From positions 109,042 through 173,041 of the forward strand of contig JBKCUA010000013.1 of NCBI GenBank assembly GCA_046318675.1: a DNA stretch of 64,000 nucleotides, read 5' to 3'. The position numbers and the translations under genes are program-made. Source of the DNA: Holosporales bacterium. Lineage in GTDB: Bacteria; Pseudomonadota; Alphaproteobacteria; JAJTHO01. The notes below the pieces were generated by a model. It was not told the origin of the DNA. It did not search any database and was given only the letters and a program-made list of their open reading frames with translations. Below are positions 20,140 through 30,670 of the stretch, piece after piece; within the stretch, counting starts at the first letter, position 1, and every line of letters begins with the position of its first letter.

Positions 20140-21503
20140 TGGGGAAGTACATGCCGGGTATAGCCCTGCATATGCCGCTGCACCCTCTCCAGACCCTCCG
20201 TGTCGGCAGCCTCACAACGCGCCACCAATACAGCCTGTGTGTTAGAAGCCCGCAACAACCACCAACCATCGGGCGTTGTCACGCGCACACCATCAACATC
20301 ACTAAAGCTCTCTCCAGCCTTTTGGAGCAAAGGTCGCAGGCGTTCGATAACCTGAAATTTTTCCGCCTCTGGGCAAGGCAGGCGGATTTCCGGTGTGTTC
20401 ACAGCTACGGGCAAAGCGCGGCGCAAGGTGCTTAGGGACTCGGGTCGATTACTCAAAATCTCCAGCAGCCGCAAGCCTGCGTACAGCGCATCATCAAAAC
20501 CGTAATACCGATCAGCAAAAAACAAATGTCCGCTCATCTCCCCGGCTAAGGGAGCCTTAGTTTCCTTCATCTTGGCCTTGATCAAGGAATGCCCGGTCTT
20601 CCACATCAACGGTACACCGCCCAGATCGTCCACCCGCTGAAACAGCGCACCACTAGCCTTCACGTCGGCAATGATCGTGGCTCCGGGGTGTTCTTTCAGC
20701 ACTGGCTCTGCGTACAATTGCAACAGCTGATCACCCCATAAGATTTCCCCCGTTTCATCCACAACCCCCAGGCGATCGCCATCGCCGTCAAAGGCCAAGC
20801 CAAGCGCGCATCCTTCATCCCGCACACTGGCAATAATTTGCTCCAAGTTCTTCGCCACCGTCGGATCGGGATGATGCGCCGGAAAGGTGCCATCAATAGT
20901 GGTATTGAGCAGGATATGCTGTCCCATTAATTGCTTAGCCAGCATTTCTACTACTTCCCCAGTCGCACCATTGCCCACGTCCCAGGCAACTTTCAGGGTA
21001 CGCTTGCCGAGGCGCAGGTCAGACAACAAAGCCCTGACATAATCTTCCCGCACGTCGTGCTCCACCAACTCGCCGCCGCCGGGCTGAGCCACATCTGTCG
21101 CCGCGATCGAAGCTAGTTCTTGAATCGCAGCACCATAAAATGGTGCACCCTTAATCGTCATCTTAAAGCCATTATATTCTGGCGGGTTGTGCGACCCCGT
21201 TACCTGAATACCCCCATCGGTACCCAAATGATGCACGGCAAAATACAGCATCGGTGTTGCCCCAAGACCCACCCGGTGGACGGTAATGCCCGCCGCCTGC
21301 AGGCCCTCCTCAAGAGCCAAGGCCAGCTCCGGCGAATGCAGCCGCCCGTCCCAGCCAACGGCACAAGTTTTACCGCCGCCACGTTTGAGCACCGCCGCAA
21401 AGCTCAAACCCACCGCCCGCGCATCGGCCGTGGTCAAAGTCTCATCAACAACACCGCGAATATCATATTCGCGGAGAATAACAGGGGCAAATTTATGGGA
21501 CAT
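20136..21503 (-). CDS. phosphomannomutase/phosphoglucomutase
   Basis: TGSHNPPEYNGFK active-site serine loop, Mg-binding DGDGDR; likely start MSHKF at 21503. Confidence 0.8.
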   Translation of the reverse strand: MSHKFAPVILREYDIRGVVDETLTTADARAVGLSFAAVLKRGGGKTCAVGWDGRLHSPELALALEEGLQAAGITVHRVGLGATPMLYFAVHHLGTDGGIQVTGSHNPPEYNGFKMTIKGAPFYGAAIQELASIAATDVAQPGGGELVEHDVREDYVRALLSDLRLGKRTLKVAWDVGNGATGEVVEMLAKQLMGQHILLNTTIDGTFPAHHPDPTVAKNLEQIIASVRDEGCALGLAFDGDGDRLGVVDETGEILWGDQLLQLYAEPVLKEHPGATIIADVKASGALFQRVDDLGGVPLMWKTGHSLIKAKMKETKAPLAGEMSGHLFFADRYYGFDDALYAGLRLLEILSNRPESLSTLRRALPVAVNTPEIRLPCPEAEKFQVIERLRPLLQKAGESFSDVDGVRVTTPDGWWLLRASNTQAVLVARCEAADTEGLERVQRHMQGYTRHVLPQ

Positions 21504-21571
21504 AATGTTCCTTGTCCTAAGCGGTAGCGGCAATAATTGCAACGTTGCCGGATTGTTGATACAAAGATTGT

Positions 21572-23296
21572 ATGTCCGCATCCCCGCCCACATGGAATCT
21601 TAACGATCTCTATAATAGTGATAACGATCCCGTGATAGAGGCCATATGGCCAGAAATAGACATTGATATTAAAGCCCTAAAGGCCTCTTTTGACGCTTGG
21701 ACAACGGGCAGCATAGCCCCCCTCATTGCTCAATATGAACAGATCAGTCAACGTCTTGCCCGTGTGGGTAGTTACGCGCAACTGCGCCATGCAGCCGCCA
21801 CTGATGATCCCGAAACATCTCGCTTTTACTCCCGTATCAACGATCTGATCGCGCCCCGTTCTGAAGCCTTGGCCTTTTTCACCCACGGCCTTATTAGCTT
21901 AGATAATGAACCTGAAGCCGGAAAGTATCAAAATTGGGTACACCATCTGCGCCGTCACAAGCCGCACCAGTTACCCCTAGCCGTTGAGGAAATCCTCATC
22001 GCCAAAAGCACCACCAGCCGCGACGCTCTAGTGCGCCTGTTTGATGAAACTCTAGCTGCACAGCGTTTCTACCTGAATGATAGTATAAAAACTGAGGCCG
22101 ATCTCCTGCACATTATCTCCACCAACCCCGATCGCAGCCAACGGGAGACGGCCGCCAGAGCACTGGCGGCCGGACTGGAAAAGCTCCGTCACCTATTTAC
22201 CCTTATTACTAATACTCTAGCAAAAGATTGGGATATTGAGGTCGCTCGCCGAAGTTTTGCCAACGCCTCCGCACCGCGCCATCTGGACAATGATGTCACA
22301 CCCATAGCAGTAGAAAATCTTGTTGCTGCCGTTACCAAAGCATTACCTAATATATCCCACCGCTATTATAACTTTAAAGCACAGGGGCTTGGCCTTGAAT
22401 CACTGGCCTACTGGGATCGCAATGCCCCGTGGCCGAGTAGTGTTCAGCAAAAGTATACTTGGGATGAAGCCAAAACATTAGTGCTAAAAGCCTTTGCCAG
22501 ATTTTCCCCAGTCTTTGCCGAAATCGCACAAAAATTTTTCGATCATCATTGGATTGACGCACAGCCCCGCCCAGGAAAAGATAGCGGTGCCTTTTCTCAT
22601 CCGGTTACTCCCGATGTGCATCCCTATATCTTAATGAATTTTCATGGCTCATCCCGCGATGTCATGACATTGGCGCATGAATTGGGGCACGGCGTGCATC
22701 AGTACCTAGCTAGACAACAGGGTTTTTTACAGACGGATACCCCGCTTACATTGGCTGAAACCGCTTCTATTTTCGGGGAAATGCTGGTTTTTGATTATCT
22801 GCTAGAACAAACGTCCGATCCTGCCGTGCGTCGCACACTGCTTATTGGCAAGATTGAAGATGCCCTCAACACCGTGGTGCGTCAAATTGCCTTTCACTGC
22901 TTTGAAACCACTGTGCATGAATGCCGCAAAAAAGGGGAGCTGAGTAGTGAGGATATTGATACTCTATGGCTTAAAGTACAGCGAGCCTCACTCGGCGATG
23001 CCTTTGATTTTGATCCAACGTATCGTTTATATTGGATGTACATCCCTCATTTTATTCATACACCCTTTTATGTGTATGCTTACGCTTATGCTGATTGCTT
23101 GGTAAATAGCCTTTATGCACGCTATCGCCAAAAACCAGAAGGTTTTGCTGATGCTCTACTCCAATTGCTAAGAAATGGTGGTAGTATACCATCAAACCAA
23201 GCCTTAGCTTCCTTTGGCCTCGATCCAACAACCCCAACATTTTGGGATGAAGGGCTAGGCATTATTGCCAAAATGGTTGACAGCCTTGTAGTTTAA
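21572..23296 (+). CDS. pepF: M3-family oligoendopeptidase F
   Basis: 574 aa; HELGHGVH zinc-binding HEXXH motif. Confidence 0.75.
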   Translation: MSASPPTWNLNDLYNSDNDPVIEAIWPEIDIDIKALKASFDAWTTGSIAPLIAQYEQISQRLARVGSYAQLRHAAATDDPETSRFYSRINDLIAPRSEALAFFTHGLISLDNEPEAGKYQNWVHHLRRHKPHQLPLAVEEILIAKSTTSRDALVRLFDETLAAQRFYLNDSIKTEADLLHIISTNPDRSQRETAARALAAGLEKLRHLFTLITNTLAKDWDIEVARRSFANASAPRHLDNDVTPIAVENLVAAVTKALPNISHRYYNFKAQGLGLESLAYWDRNAPWPSSVQQKYTWDEAKTLVLKAFARFSPVFAEIAQKFFDHHWIDAQPRPGKDSGAFSHPVTPDVHPYILMNFHGSSRDVMTLAHELGHGVHQYLARQQGFLQTDTPLTLAETASIFGEMLVFDYLLEQTSDPAVRRTLLIGKIEDALNTVVRQIAFHCFETTVHECRKKGELSSEDIDTLWLKVQRASLGDAFDFDPTYRLYWMYIPHFIHTPFYVYAYAYADCLVNSLYARYRQKPEGFADALLQLLRNGGSIPSNQALASFGLDPTTPTFWDEGLGIIAKMVDSLVV

Positions 23297-23916
23297 CGAC
23301 AAGCGCGAACAAACGCCATGATCTTATCAGCATCCTTTATTCCTAAGCCACTTTCCACCCCGGAGGAGACGTCCACGCCGTCGGCTCCGGTCAACCGCAA
23401 CGCCTGCGCTACCGTATCAGGACGCAACCCCCCGGCCAGCATCCACGGCCGCCGGATACTCTGACCGGAAAATAATCCCAACTCAACGGTCTGTCCTGTC
23501 CCGCCTGCTTGATTTGGTAGCGGCGGGGCATCATATAGTAACATATCCGCGGCAGTATATAATCCACCGCGTTCAATATCAAACAAGGTACGCACGCCAA
23601 TAGCTTTGATAATGCCCGTGCGAAACTTTTCCTTGATTATACTAACATATTCTGGGGTTTCTTGGCCATGCAATTGCAAAAAATCAGGGCGCACAATGGT
23701 AACTATTTCAGCTAAAAATTCCAACGAAGCATTGGCCGTGAGTATCACTACTTTAGCCCTAGGCCTATATTCATTTAATAAAGATACCGCTGCATCTACT
23801 GATAAGAACCGCGGCGACCCCGCCACAAATACCAATCCCACGTATTCAACGCCCAGATCATCGCAATGGCGTAATATCGCTGGGGTACGCACACCACAAA
23901 TTTTAATCAAAGTCAT
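23293..23916 (-). CDS. trpF: N-(5'-phosphoribosyl)anthranilate isomerase
   Basis: 207 aa; MTLIKICGVRT N-terminus and TIM-barrel motifs of TrpF. Confidence 0.85.
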   Translation of the reverse strand: MTLIKICGVRTPAILRHCDDLGVEYVGLVFVAGSPRFLSVDAAVSLLNEYRPRAKVVILTANASLEFLAEIVTIVRPDFLQLHGQETPEYVSIIKEKFRTGIIKAIGVRTLFDIERGGLYTAADMLLYDAPPLPNQAGGTGQTVELGLFSGQSIRRPWMLAGGLRPDTVAQALRLTGADGVDVSSGVESGLGIKDADKIMAFVRACR

Positions 23917-25967
23917 TCGCGCTTCTGTGAGAAAAGCCGCGAACCTTTGTCATCAGGCAGCAGTCCGCATGATAAAGTACACCAAGCATTATGATGCACA
24001 TTTCTGGCATCATCAAACCCTTCTATTCCAGCCAAGCGAATACGATAAACATCAACACCCTCCATAACCCGCTGCACATAATTTCGGGTTTCCCTGAACG
24101 GAATAGACTCCATCCAATTCAACATAGATATTTCATCCGTTCGCGGATCACCAAAAGTCGCCACCCACTTATTCACATTACCAGCCCCGGCATTATATGC
24201 TGCGGCGATCATAGGGTATGAGCCATCAAACTGGCTAATCAATCGATCAAGATGTGCTGCTCCTAAAGTAATGTTGTACTTTGGATCACGGGTAAGCTCC
24301 ACAGGAGAGAATGGTAATCCCACTGTTCTTGCTTCTATTTTTGCGGTTGCAGGCATCAATTGCATCAAACCACGGGCACCCACGGGGCTAAGTGCTGCTG
24401 GAGCAAAGACACTTTCTTGGCGAATAATTGCATGAATCAATGGAGGTTCCGGGCTTTCAACTCTTACCGGCAATAACAACAAAGGGAATTCCGCATCCAA
24501 AAGAACCACCCCCTCCTGACGCGCTCTTTTAGCTATGTCCAATGCCAAATCCGGACGTCCTTGATGTTGCAGGAATGAGGTCAAAGCAGTAAGATTTTCA
24601 TAAGATTTATCTGCTTCAAACAGAGCAATGGCAAAAGGGACAGCACGACGTTCAAGACCCGCTGCCTGCAAATAACGAATAGCCCTCGCCAACGGATTTT
24701 CCTCAAAACGAATATCGGCATCAATCTTACGATAAACAATATCAAGACTTGGCGGCAGGTGCATTTCTGCTGAAGCAACCTGTCCATAAAATGTTGTTGG
24801 ATTAGACGCTGCCGCATTAAGCATTTCGCTAGCCAAGCTACGTTCACCATTAGCCTTCGCCGCTCTAGCTAACCAATATTGAGCCCGTGCCTTGGTAATA
24901 GGGAACTGCGCGGCACCAACCATATTCTGAAAATGATCTTGTCCTTTTTCAGGGTCTTTAAGATATTCTAAGGCGATCCAACCTGCTAAAAATTCACCAT
25001 CAACAAAATTTTTCTCCCCGACGACCATACCATGATTGCTAGCAATTGTATATGCTACCTCGTAATCTTTACGAGCATGGGCACGGCGCGCTTGTAGCTC
25101 TCGCTCATTCCACCAATCTTCCAAGAAGCCATTAGGTCGAGGAGCACGCCGCATCAAATCATTGGCTGCTGCATCATCACCACGCTTTCGTCTCCAGACA
25201 ATTCGATCATAGGAAATTCCCGGTGTACCCCGTAATTGCGGCTCCACATTATGATAAGAAGAATCGGCATCCTTATTACCAGTTTGCAATAATCGCCGAG
25301 CCTCTGCCAATTCCCAATGGGCGGGACGAACCAGTCGTCGCATCCGCGCCGCCTGACCATACTGCTTCTCCCACATCAAGTGATCCAAACGATTATGGTG
25401 ATCGTCTTGGGTTAAATAGCTACCAAAACTCGCTTGAAATTTATCTTCAGAATCATTGCTGAAATCGCTGGTAATCCAGATATATTTAGCTAAGTCAATC
25501 GCTTCTCTTTTGTTCCCATCCCGTTCCAACAGGATGAGCTGAGCCCAACGCCCCCGGGTCGTTTGTGGCGGATTATCCGCAAGCCATTCAGCAAGATCAT
25601 CATCCACTAAATCTAAATCAATTTTAGCCTCAGCCTTACGCAACAACAAAGAGCGCTGTGGAAAATCAGATCGCTCATTAAAAAACCGCTTATAATCAGA
25701 AAAGGAAGGCTCTACATCATCAAACCGCAACCACGACCAAGCCACAATATCCCGCACCACCGGATCATCGGCTTTTCTCCCAATATTAAGTGCCCCCGCC
25801 CAATTACCACTATCACCAGCTTGCAATGCTCTACGCAAAATTTCCACATCATCATCATTAATAACAATACGCGCTGCCTGAACAGGCATGGCATATGCCA
25901 ACATGAATACCAGAATAAAAAAGTACTTCATGAGGGAAACTATCACGAAGTGCAGGCGTATCGTCAA
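23913..25967 (-). CDS. slt: soluble lytic murein transglycosylase (Slt70-like)
   Basis: 684 aa; signal peptide, superhelical repeats, catalytic ES...GLMQLMPATA motif. Confidence 0.8.
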   Translation of the reverse strand: MTIRLHFVIVSLMKYFFILVFMLAYAMPVQAARIVINDDDVEILRRALQAGDSGNWAGALNIGRKADDPVVRDIVAWSWLRFDDVEPSFSDYKRFFNERSDFPQRSLLLRKAEAKIDLDLVDDDLAEWLADNPPQTTRGRWAQLILLERDGNKREAIDLAKYIWITSDFSNDSEDKFQASFGSYLTQDDHHNRLDHLMWEKQYGQAARMRRLVRPAHWELAEARRLLQTGNKDADSSYHNVEPQLRGTPGISYDRIVWRRKRGDDAAANDLMRRAPRPNGFLEDWWNERELQARRAHARKDYEVAYTIASNHGMVVGEKNFVDGEFLAGWIALEYLKDPEKGQDHFQNMVGAAQFPITKARAQYWLARAAKANGERSLASEMLNAAASNPTTFYGQVASAEMHLPPSLDIVYRKIDADIRFEENPLARAIRYLQAAGLERRAVPFAIALFEADKSYENLTALTSFLQHQGRPDLALDIAKRARQEGVVLLDAEFPLLLLPVRVESPEPPLIHAIIRQESVFAPAALSPVGARGLMQLMPATAKIEARTVGLPFSPVELTRDPKYNITLGAAHLDRLISQFDGSYPMIAAAYNAGAGNVNKWVATFGDPRTDEISMLNWMESIPFRETRNYVQRVMEGVDVYRIRLAGIEGFDDARNVHHNAWCTLSCGLLPDDKGSRLFSQKRE

Positions 25968-26041
25968 GATACGTTATAATAATAATGCCAATATCTACAT
26001 CGTCACTGCACCTATGATAGGTCACATAATTATAGCAGGCT

Positions 26042-26200
26042 AAAGACTTTTTCGATCTTCCATTATAGCGCGCTGCGGAATTAACAGTAGACTTTAAAAA
26101 TTCTTCAGCGCGCTATAAGTTATTTTTGTTCGTCCATTCGGACGCGGCACTTTGTGCCGTGCGCTGGTTGCAAGTATACTTTTTTAATTATGCAACCAGC
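26042..26200. repeat. structured intergenic repeat, copy A (multi-hairpin, ~140 bp)
   Basis: Near-identical to 42193..42333 (about 135 bp aligned, 2 substitutions plus a 2-nt indel in a T-run); contains perfect 12-bp IR TATAGCGCGCTG/CAGCGCGCTATA plus CGTCC/GGACG, CGGCAC/GTGCCG and GCTGGTTGC/GCAACCAGC hairpins. Confidence 0.8.
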
Positions 26201-26270
26201 TATAAAACACCACGCGAGGTTACGACTTTAGGTAAATAACATCTACACATTAAACATAAACCAGTATCAA

Positions 26271-26816
26271 TTACGCCATTTGTGATTTTTTAGCTCTGGC
26301 TTTCTCCAGAGCAAGATTAAATTCTGCCAATGAACACAATCCAAGCTCTACAGGATTCGTTGACTTGAGATTTTTTTGATTCCAATGCTCTTTATCCCGA
26401 ATGCGGGCAATAGTTGTTTTTGTTGTGCCTATAAGCTTACAAATCGCCGCGTCACCTAATTCGGGGTAATTTTTAATAAGATAAAAAATGGCATCCGGTT
26501 TTTCACCGCGTTTGGTAACAGGAGTGTATCTAGGTCCCTTAACCCGCGGCAATGCTTTAGGAAGAGTATTAGTCGCCAGCGTAAGACGCGCAGCCGGATC
26601 GGCCTCACAACGATGAATTTCGTCCAGTGTTAATTGATTAGCAGCAACGGGATCAGCGGGACGTATTTGAGCATACACCTCTCCATCGGCCAAAGCCTGG
26701 ATTTCCAAACCATGCAAACCGGTAAACTCCCCAATTTGATCAAAGGTTAAAGCCGTATTATCCAGCAACCATGCAGCAGTGGCTTTAGGCAATAAAGGAC
26801 GGTGCAATGAACTCAT
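26271..26816 (-). CDS. conserved alphaproteobacterial hypothetical protein (DUF1013-like)
   Basis: 181 aa, soluble; family assignment from memory only. Confidence 0.45.
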   Translation of the reverse strand: MSSLHRPLLPKATAAWLLDNTALTFDQIGEFTGLHGLEIQALADGEVYAQIRPADPVAANQLTLDEIHRCEADPAARLTLATNTLPKALPRVKGPRYTPVTKRGEKPDAIFYLIKNYPELGDAAICKLIGTTKTTIARIRDKEHWNQKNLKSTNPVELGLCSLAEFNLALEKARAKKSQMA

Positions 26817-26838
26817 AAAAACCTCATTCTTTGGAAAA

Positions 26839-27807
26839 TCACGCTACTAATACGACTTTACCATAAAAATTACCAGCCCTAAGTACGGCATGAGCTTCCC
26901 GAGATTGATCCAACAACATGGTTTTATAAACACAAGGGACTACTTTACCTTGTACAATCAAAGGCAAAAATACCTTCCGTGCCCAATTGGCGGCATTATC
27001 CACCGCCGCACGCGATAATCGTCGTAAAGCACCACCACGCCACGTTAATCCTTTTGTAACCAATATACTAACAGGAATACCCGAGGCATTACCTTCTAGA
27101 GCCGCCAATTGAACAAGAATGCCATAGGGCGCAAGGCAACGCAAATGTTGTGCAGCCATAAAGCCACCGCGGTGATCAATAATAAGAGAAAATCGCTCCG
27201 CCAAGCCGTCAAGGTACCCTGGTTTTATAAAATCCAGACAATCCGCAGCTCCTTGCGCCAACACCAAAGATGCCTGCGCTGCTCTGGCTGTTGCTACTAC
27301 CCGTGCCCCAAGTGCCGCAAACAGACCTACTCCCACGTGACCAATACCACCACCTCCTCCTTGCAATAAAATTGTTTTTGGCATATCTTCGCCCTCACGC
27401 CAAGCAAATGCGGCATACGTCAGCAATGCCTCCGGCAGACAAGCTCCCGCCGTAAAAGATACCGTCGCAGGCAACTCAAAACACCATGATGCTGGAACAT
27501 CAACAATATCGGCATATCCCCCTCCCGCACAAAGAGCAGCAATGCGCTGACCAGTATAAAACCCATCAACGGCAGCACCAGTTGAGATTATTTCTCCAGC
27601 AATCTCAAGTCCAAGAAAAGGAGACGCCCCCGCAGGAGCGGGGTATAACCCATCGGCTTGCAAAACATCCGCCCGGTTAACTCCAGCGGCATGAACCCGC
27701 ACCCGCACATGATCTGCCGCCAATAATGGTAGCAGCACTTGATGCACGACGTAATCAGGGGAAATGGCTGTGGCGTACAAGGTGGATGGATGATTTTTTA
27801 AAGGCAT
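26839..27807 (-). CDS. NADPH:quinone oxidoreductase / zinc-type alcohol dehydrogenase family
   Basis: 322 aa; MDR fold with GGGGIGHVGVGL nucleotide-binding motif. Confidence 0.75.
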   Translation of the reverse strand: MPLKNHPSTLYATAISPDYVVHQVLLPLLAADHVRVRVHAAGVNRADVLQADGLYPAPAGASPFLGLEIAGEIISTGAAVDGFYTGQRIAALCAGGGYADIVDVPASWCFELPATVSFTAGACLPEALLTYAAFAWREGEDMPKTILLQGGGGGIGHVGVGLFAALGARVVATARAAQASLVLAQGAADCLDFIKPGYLDGLAERFSLIIDHRGGFMAAQHLRCLAPYGILVQLAALEGNASGIPVSILVTKGLTWRGGALRRLSRAAVDNAANWARKVFLPLIVQGKVVPCVYKTMLLDQSREAHAVLRAGNFYGKVVLVA

Positions 27808-27884
27808 TGCTTGTTGAGCTTGACATCGTAGCGCGAGTAAGGCAAGTCATCCTTAATTAATTTTCTAAAAATAAAGAGGGATTT

Positions 27885-28391
27885 ATGTCTAGCGCTGGAT
27901 TGCCGTGGAGTATTAAGGGCATAAGCGAAGAGGCTCGTTCCTTGGCAAAAGTTCGCGCCGCCCAAACCGGACAAACTATTGGAGCTTGGCTCAATGAGAC
28001 TATTCTTGGCCATGCAACCAGCGAAAAAACAACATCGGGAAATCCTGAAGGAATTGGTGAAGGTTTTTCTTCTGATACTACCGCAATCTTGCCAACAGGG
28101 AGTCGCCTCCCAGCTGCAACTTTACAAAAAATTGCCACTTTAGAGCAAGGGCATAATAAAATTCGCCAAACCAATGAAGACCTTCTACAATTAACCTTAA
28201 AATTAGCCCAACGACTCGCTGCACTGGAAAAAATCGCAGAACGTTTTGAAATATTAGAAAAAGATACCGTTGGCTTTGCTGCATCTTTTCAAGATCAATT
28301 ATCTGACGTAAGGACAAGGGTGCAACATTTAGAACAACCTTCCAAACAACAATCTATTGCCGAATCTTTAACTTTGGGGGCTGGGGCTTAG
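27885..28391 (+). CDS. coiled-coil protein with PodJ-like N-terminal motif
   Basis: N-terminus GLPWSIKGISEEARSLAKVRAAQTGQTIGAWLNETI resembles polar-localisation factor N-termini in alphaproteobacteria; rest predicted coiled coil. Confidence 0.4.
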   Translation: MSSAGLPWSIKGISEEARSLAKVRAAQTGQTIGAWLNETILGHATSEKTTSGNPEGIGEGFSSDTTAILPTGSRLPAATLQKIATLEQGHNKIRQTNEDLLQLTLKLAQRLAALEKIAERFEILEKDTVGFAASFQDQLSDVRTRVQHLEQPSKQQSIAESLTLGAGA

Positions 28392-29174
28392 GAGTACTTT
28401 TTTAATCCACGCCCTGGGGAAAGTATTTGCCATAATGTTGAAAGCATTATCACTTTGTTCCACAGTATTAAAAATAGCATAAAAAGCACTACCGCTCCCC
28501 GACATACTAGTAGATACAATATTTGGCAGTGCCTCCAAAGCACCCAAAATAGTCCTCAATTCTGGACGTATGCTACAAGCTGCTGGAAAAAGATCATTAC
28601 GCTCATGTTTGCTGCCTAACCGAAACGCAGCGTACACAGATGCTGTTGCCAAGGAAAAATTAGGCCAAAATAACAACGCAGGCTGATCAAAAGGAACATC
28701 TATTGTCTCTAGCACCTCACCAATACCGAGCATTCGGGCTGAGCGATTATAATAACACACAGGCACATCGGCACCGAGGGATAACATCCGATCCTCAATT
28801 TCTTTTTGATGTTTAGGAAAAAAACCAACAGCAAACCGCAATAATGCCGCCGCATCACCACTACCTCCACCAAGGCCAGCACCAACGGGAATATTTTTTG
28901 TAAGACGCAGTTTCCACGACAAGGTATTTCCTATAGCACGCTCTATTAAGCGCAACGCTTTAACTAAACTATTAGTTTCATTCACTGGAACCTGAGAAGA
29001 AAAATCACCATCAACAACAAAATTAAAATTCTGCTCTAGAGTTATTTCCAAAATATCACCCCAATCAGCAAAGACTACCCCACTATCCAATATATGGTAT
29101 CCATCAGAACGCTTGCCTGTCACATACAGCCAAAGATTGATTTTTGCCGGGCATAAAATCTTGAAAGTATTCAT
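28368..29174 (-). CDS. ispE: 4-diphosphocytidyl-2-C-methyl-D-erythritol kinase
   Basis: 268 aa GHMP kinase; PAKINLWL, PVGAGLGGGSGDAAA motifs. Confidence 0.85.
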   Translation of the reverse strand: MNTFKILCPAKINLWLYVTGKRSDGYHILDSGVVFADWGDILEITLEQNFNFVVDGDFSSQVPVNETNSLVKALRLIERAIGNTLSWKLRLTKNIPVGAGLGGGSGDAAALLRFAVGFFPKHQKEIEDRMLSLGADVPVCYYNRSARMLGIGEVLETIDVPFDQPALLFWPNFSLATASVYAAFRLGSKHERNDLFPAACSIRPELRTILGALEALPNIVSTSMSGSGSAFYAIFNTVEQSDNAFNIMANTFPRAWIKKVLLSPSPQS

Positions 29175-30538
29175 CGCGCGGCAGCAGCATCAAGCTGACT
29201 AACCATTTCCTCAAAGACATCATTCCACTCACCAAAAACAGTCTGACGGAACAACCTCATACTAGGATACCAAGGTGTTACTGTTTCCTTATTGCCCCAA
29301 CGCCAATCAACCATTTTTGAAAGCACCGTCCACACTGGACGTCCCATAGCCCCCGCTAGATGTGCTACCGCCGTGTCCACAGTGATAACTAGATCAAGAC
29401 CTGCAAGTACTTGAGCCGTCTCGGAGAAAGAAGACAGCGAATCAGCAAGATCATCAATAAGTCCTTCAGCTCCATGTATTTTTATATCATTGCGCCGTTC
29501 CCCCACTTGGAGGCTAAAAAAAGCCGTCCCTGGAACCGCTAATAATTTTAAAAAAGGCCGCAAACCAACACTGCGTTGTTTATCATTAGGATGACTGGGG
29601 TTGCCCGCCCACACAAGACCAATCTTAAATAAATTACCGGGGCGCATTAAAAAATCAGGAGCGTCTTTATTCGATTCTAGCAATGTAATATAAGGTTTTT
29701 CCGGCCAAAAAGGAGCTGAGGTCATGCCCATTAAATGGGGCAGCGATAATAATGGTGCCTGCACATCACATCGTGGCAATGTATCTCCGTAAGGATGAAC
29801 ACCTGCAAGAAAAGGACAATTCTTTAATAACGAAACAAGTTCAGGCTGAACATACGCATGAACTTCGACTTTACGCTGCTGCAACAATTGAGCATACCGA
29901 ATAAAATGCAAGGTATCTCCAAGCCCTTGTTCTGCATAAACAAGAAGACGCTTATGAGCAATGTTTTCCCCGTTCCAAAGCTGTCCCGATAATTCAGGCT
30001 TAGTCACACCGGGAATATCCCAACGTGACTCATATCCTGCAAAACCTTCTTGCAGCTCTCCTGCCATTAATAAGGTAATGGCGCGTTCCCACGCGGCCTC
30101 AGGATACTCAGAACGCAATGCTAAAGCCCTGTCAAAACAAAATATTGCTTGAGGTAAGCGCCCCATGGCACGCAACGTCAATCCCTTATTAAAGTACGCT
30201 TCTGGTGCGTCGGGACGATTTTTAAGAACTTGATCGTGACACGCCAATGATTCTTCAAAACGTCCTGACAAATAAAGAACATTACCTAAGTTACCCAATA
30301 CGGACAACGATTGTGGATCAAGCGTATAGGCGCGTGTATAAACCGCCATTGCCGCCTCAATATAACCTTTATTTTTGAGCAGCACACCCAGGTTAATAAG
30401 ACTTGGTGTATGATCTGGAAAATAAAGCAATAATTTTTTATACAATACCTCAGCTTTTGCGACATCCCCAGCTCGCTGCAAGCCTAGCGCCTGATTAAAT
30501 ATCGCCTGAAAATCATTGGAATGTTGTGCAGAAGCCAT
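29171..30538 (-). CDS. TPR-repeat protein with C-terminal GT9-like (heptosyltransferase-fold) domain
   Basis: 455 aa; N-terminal TPR repeats, C-terminal GT9-like block (GDTLHFIRYAQLL... VDTAVAHLAGAMGRPVW). Confidence 0.65.
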   Translation of the reverse strand: MASAQHSNDFQAIFNQALGLQRAGDVAKAEVLYKKLLLYFPDHTPSLINLGVLLKNKGYIEAAMAVYTRAYTLDPQSLSVLGNLGNVLYLSGRFEESLACHDQVLKNRPDAPEAYFNKGLTLRAMGRLPQAIFCFDRALALRSEYPEAAWERAITLLMAGELQEGFAGYESRWDIPGVTKPELSGQLWNGENIAHKRLLVYAEQGLGDTLHFIRYAQLLQQRKVEVHAYVQPELVSLLKNCPFLAGVHPYGDTLPRCDVQAPLLSLPHLMGMTSAPFWPEKPYITLLESNKDAPDFLMRPGNLFKIGLVWAGNPSHPNDKQRSVGLRPFLKLLAVPGTAFFSLQVGERRNDIKIHGAEGLIDDLADSLSSFSETAQVLAGLDLVITVDTAVAHLAGAMGRPVWTVLSKMVDWRWGNKETVTPWYPSMRLFRQTVFGEWNDVFEEMVSQLDAAAAR

Positions 30539-30670
30539 GCATTCTTTTTATAAAGATTTTCCCGAAAATCTCCAAGCAAAAGCGTGCAGGTAGCACATGA
30601 ATTTTTCTTGCTCCTACCCATATTCCTTTGCAGAATAGCAATGAAATTTGATCATTGAGGATATTATATC

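Noticed and set aside
215-21886. Numerous 60-170-aa ORFs antisense to or nested in large conserved genes (e.g. 215..397, 10015..10386, 16444..16950)
   Set aside because: They lie entirely within well-supported genes on the opposite strand or in an alternate frame. High-GC codon artefacts produce their Pro/Arg/Gly-rich translations.
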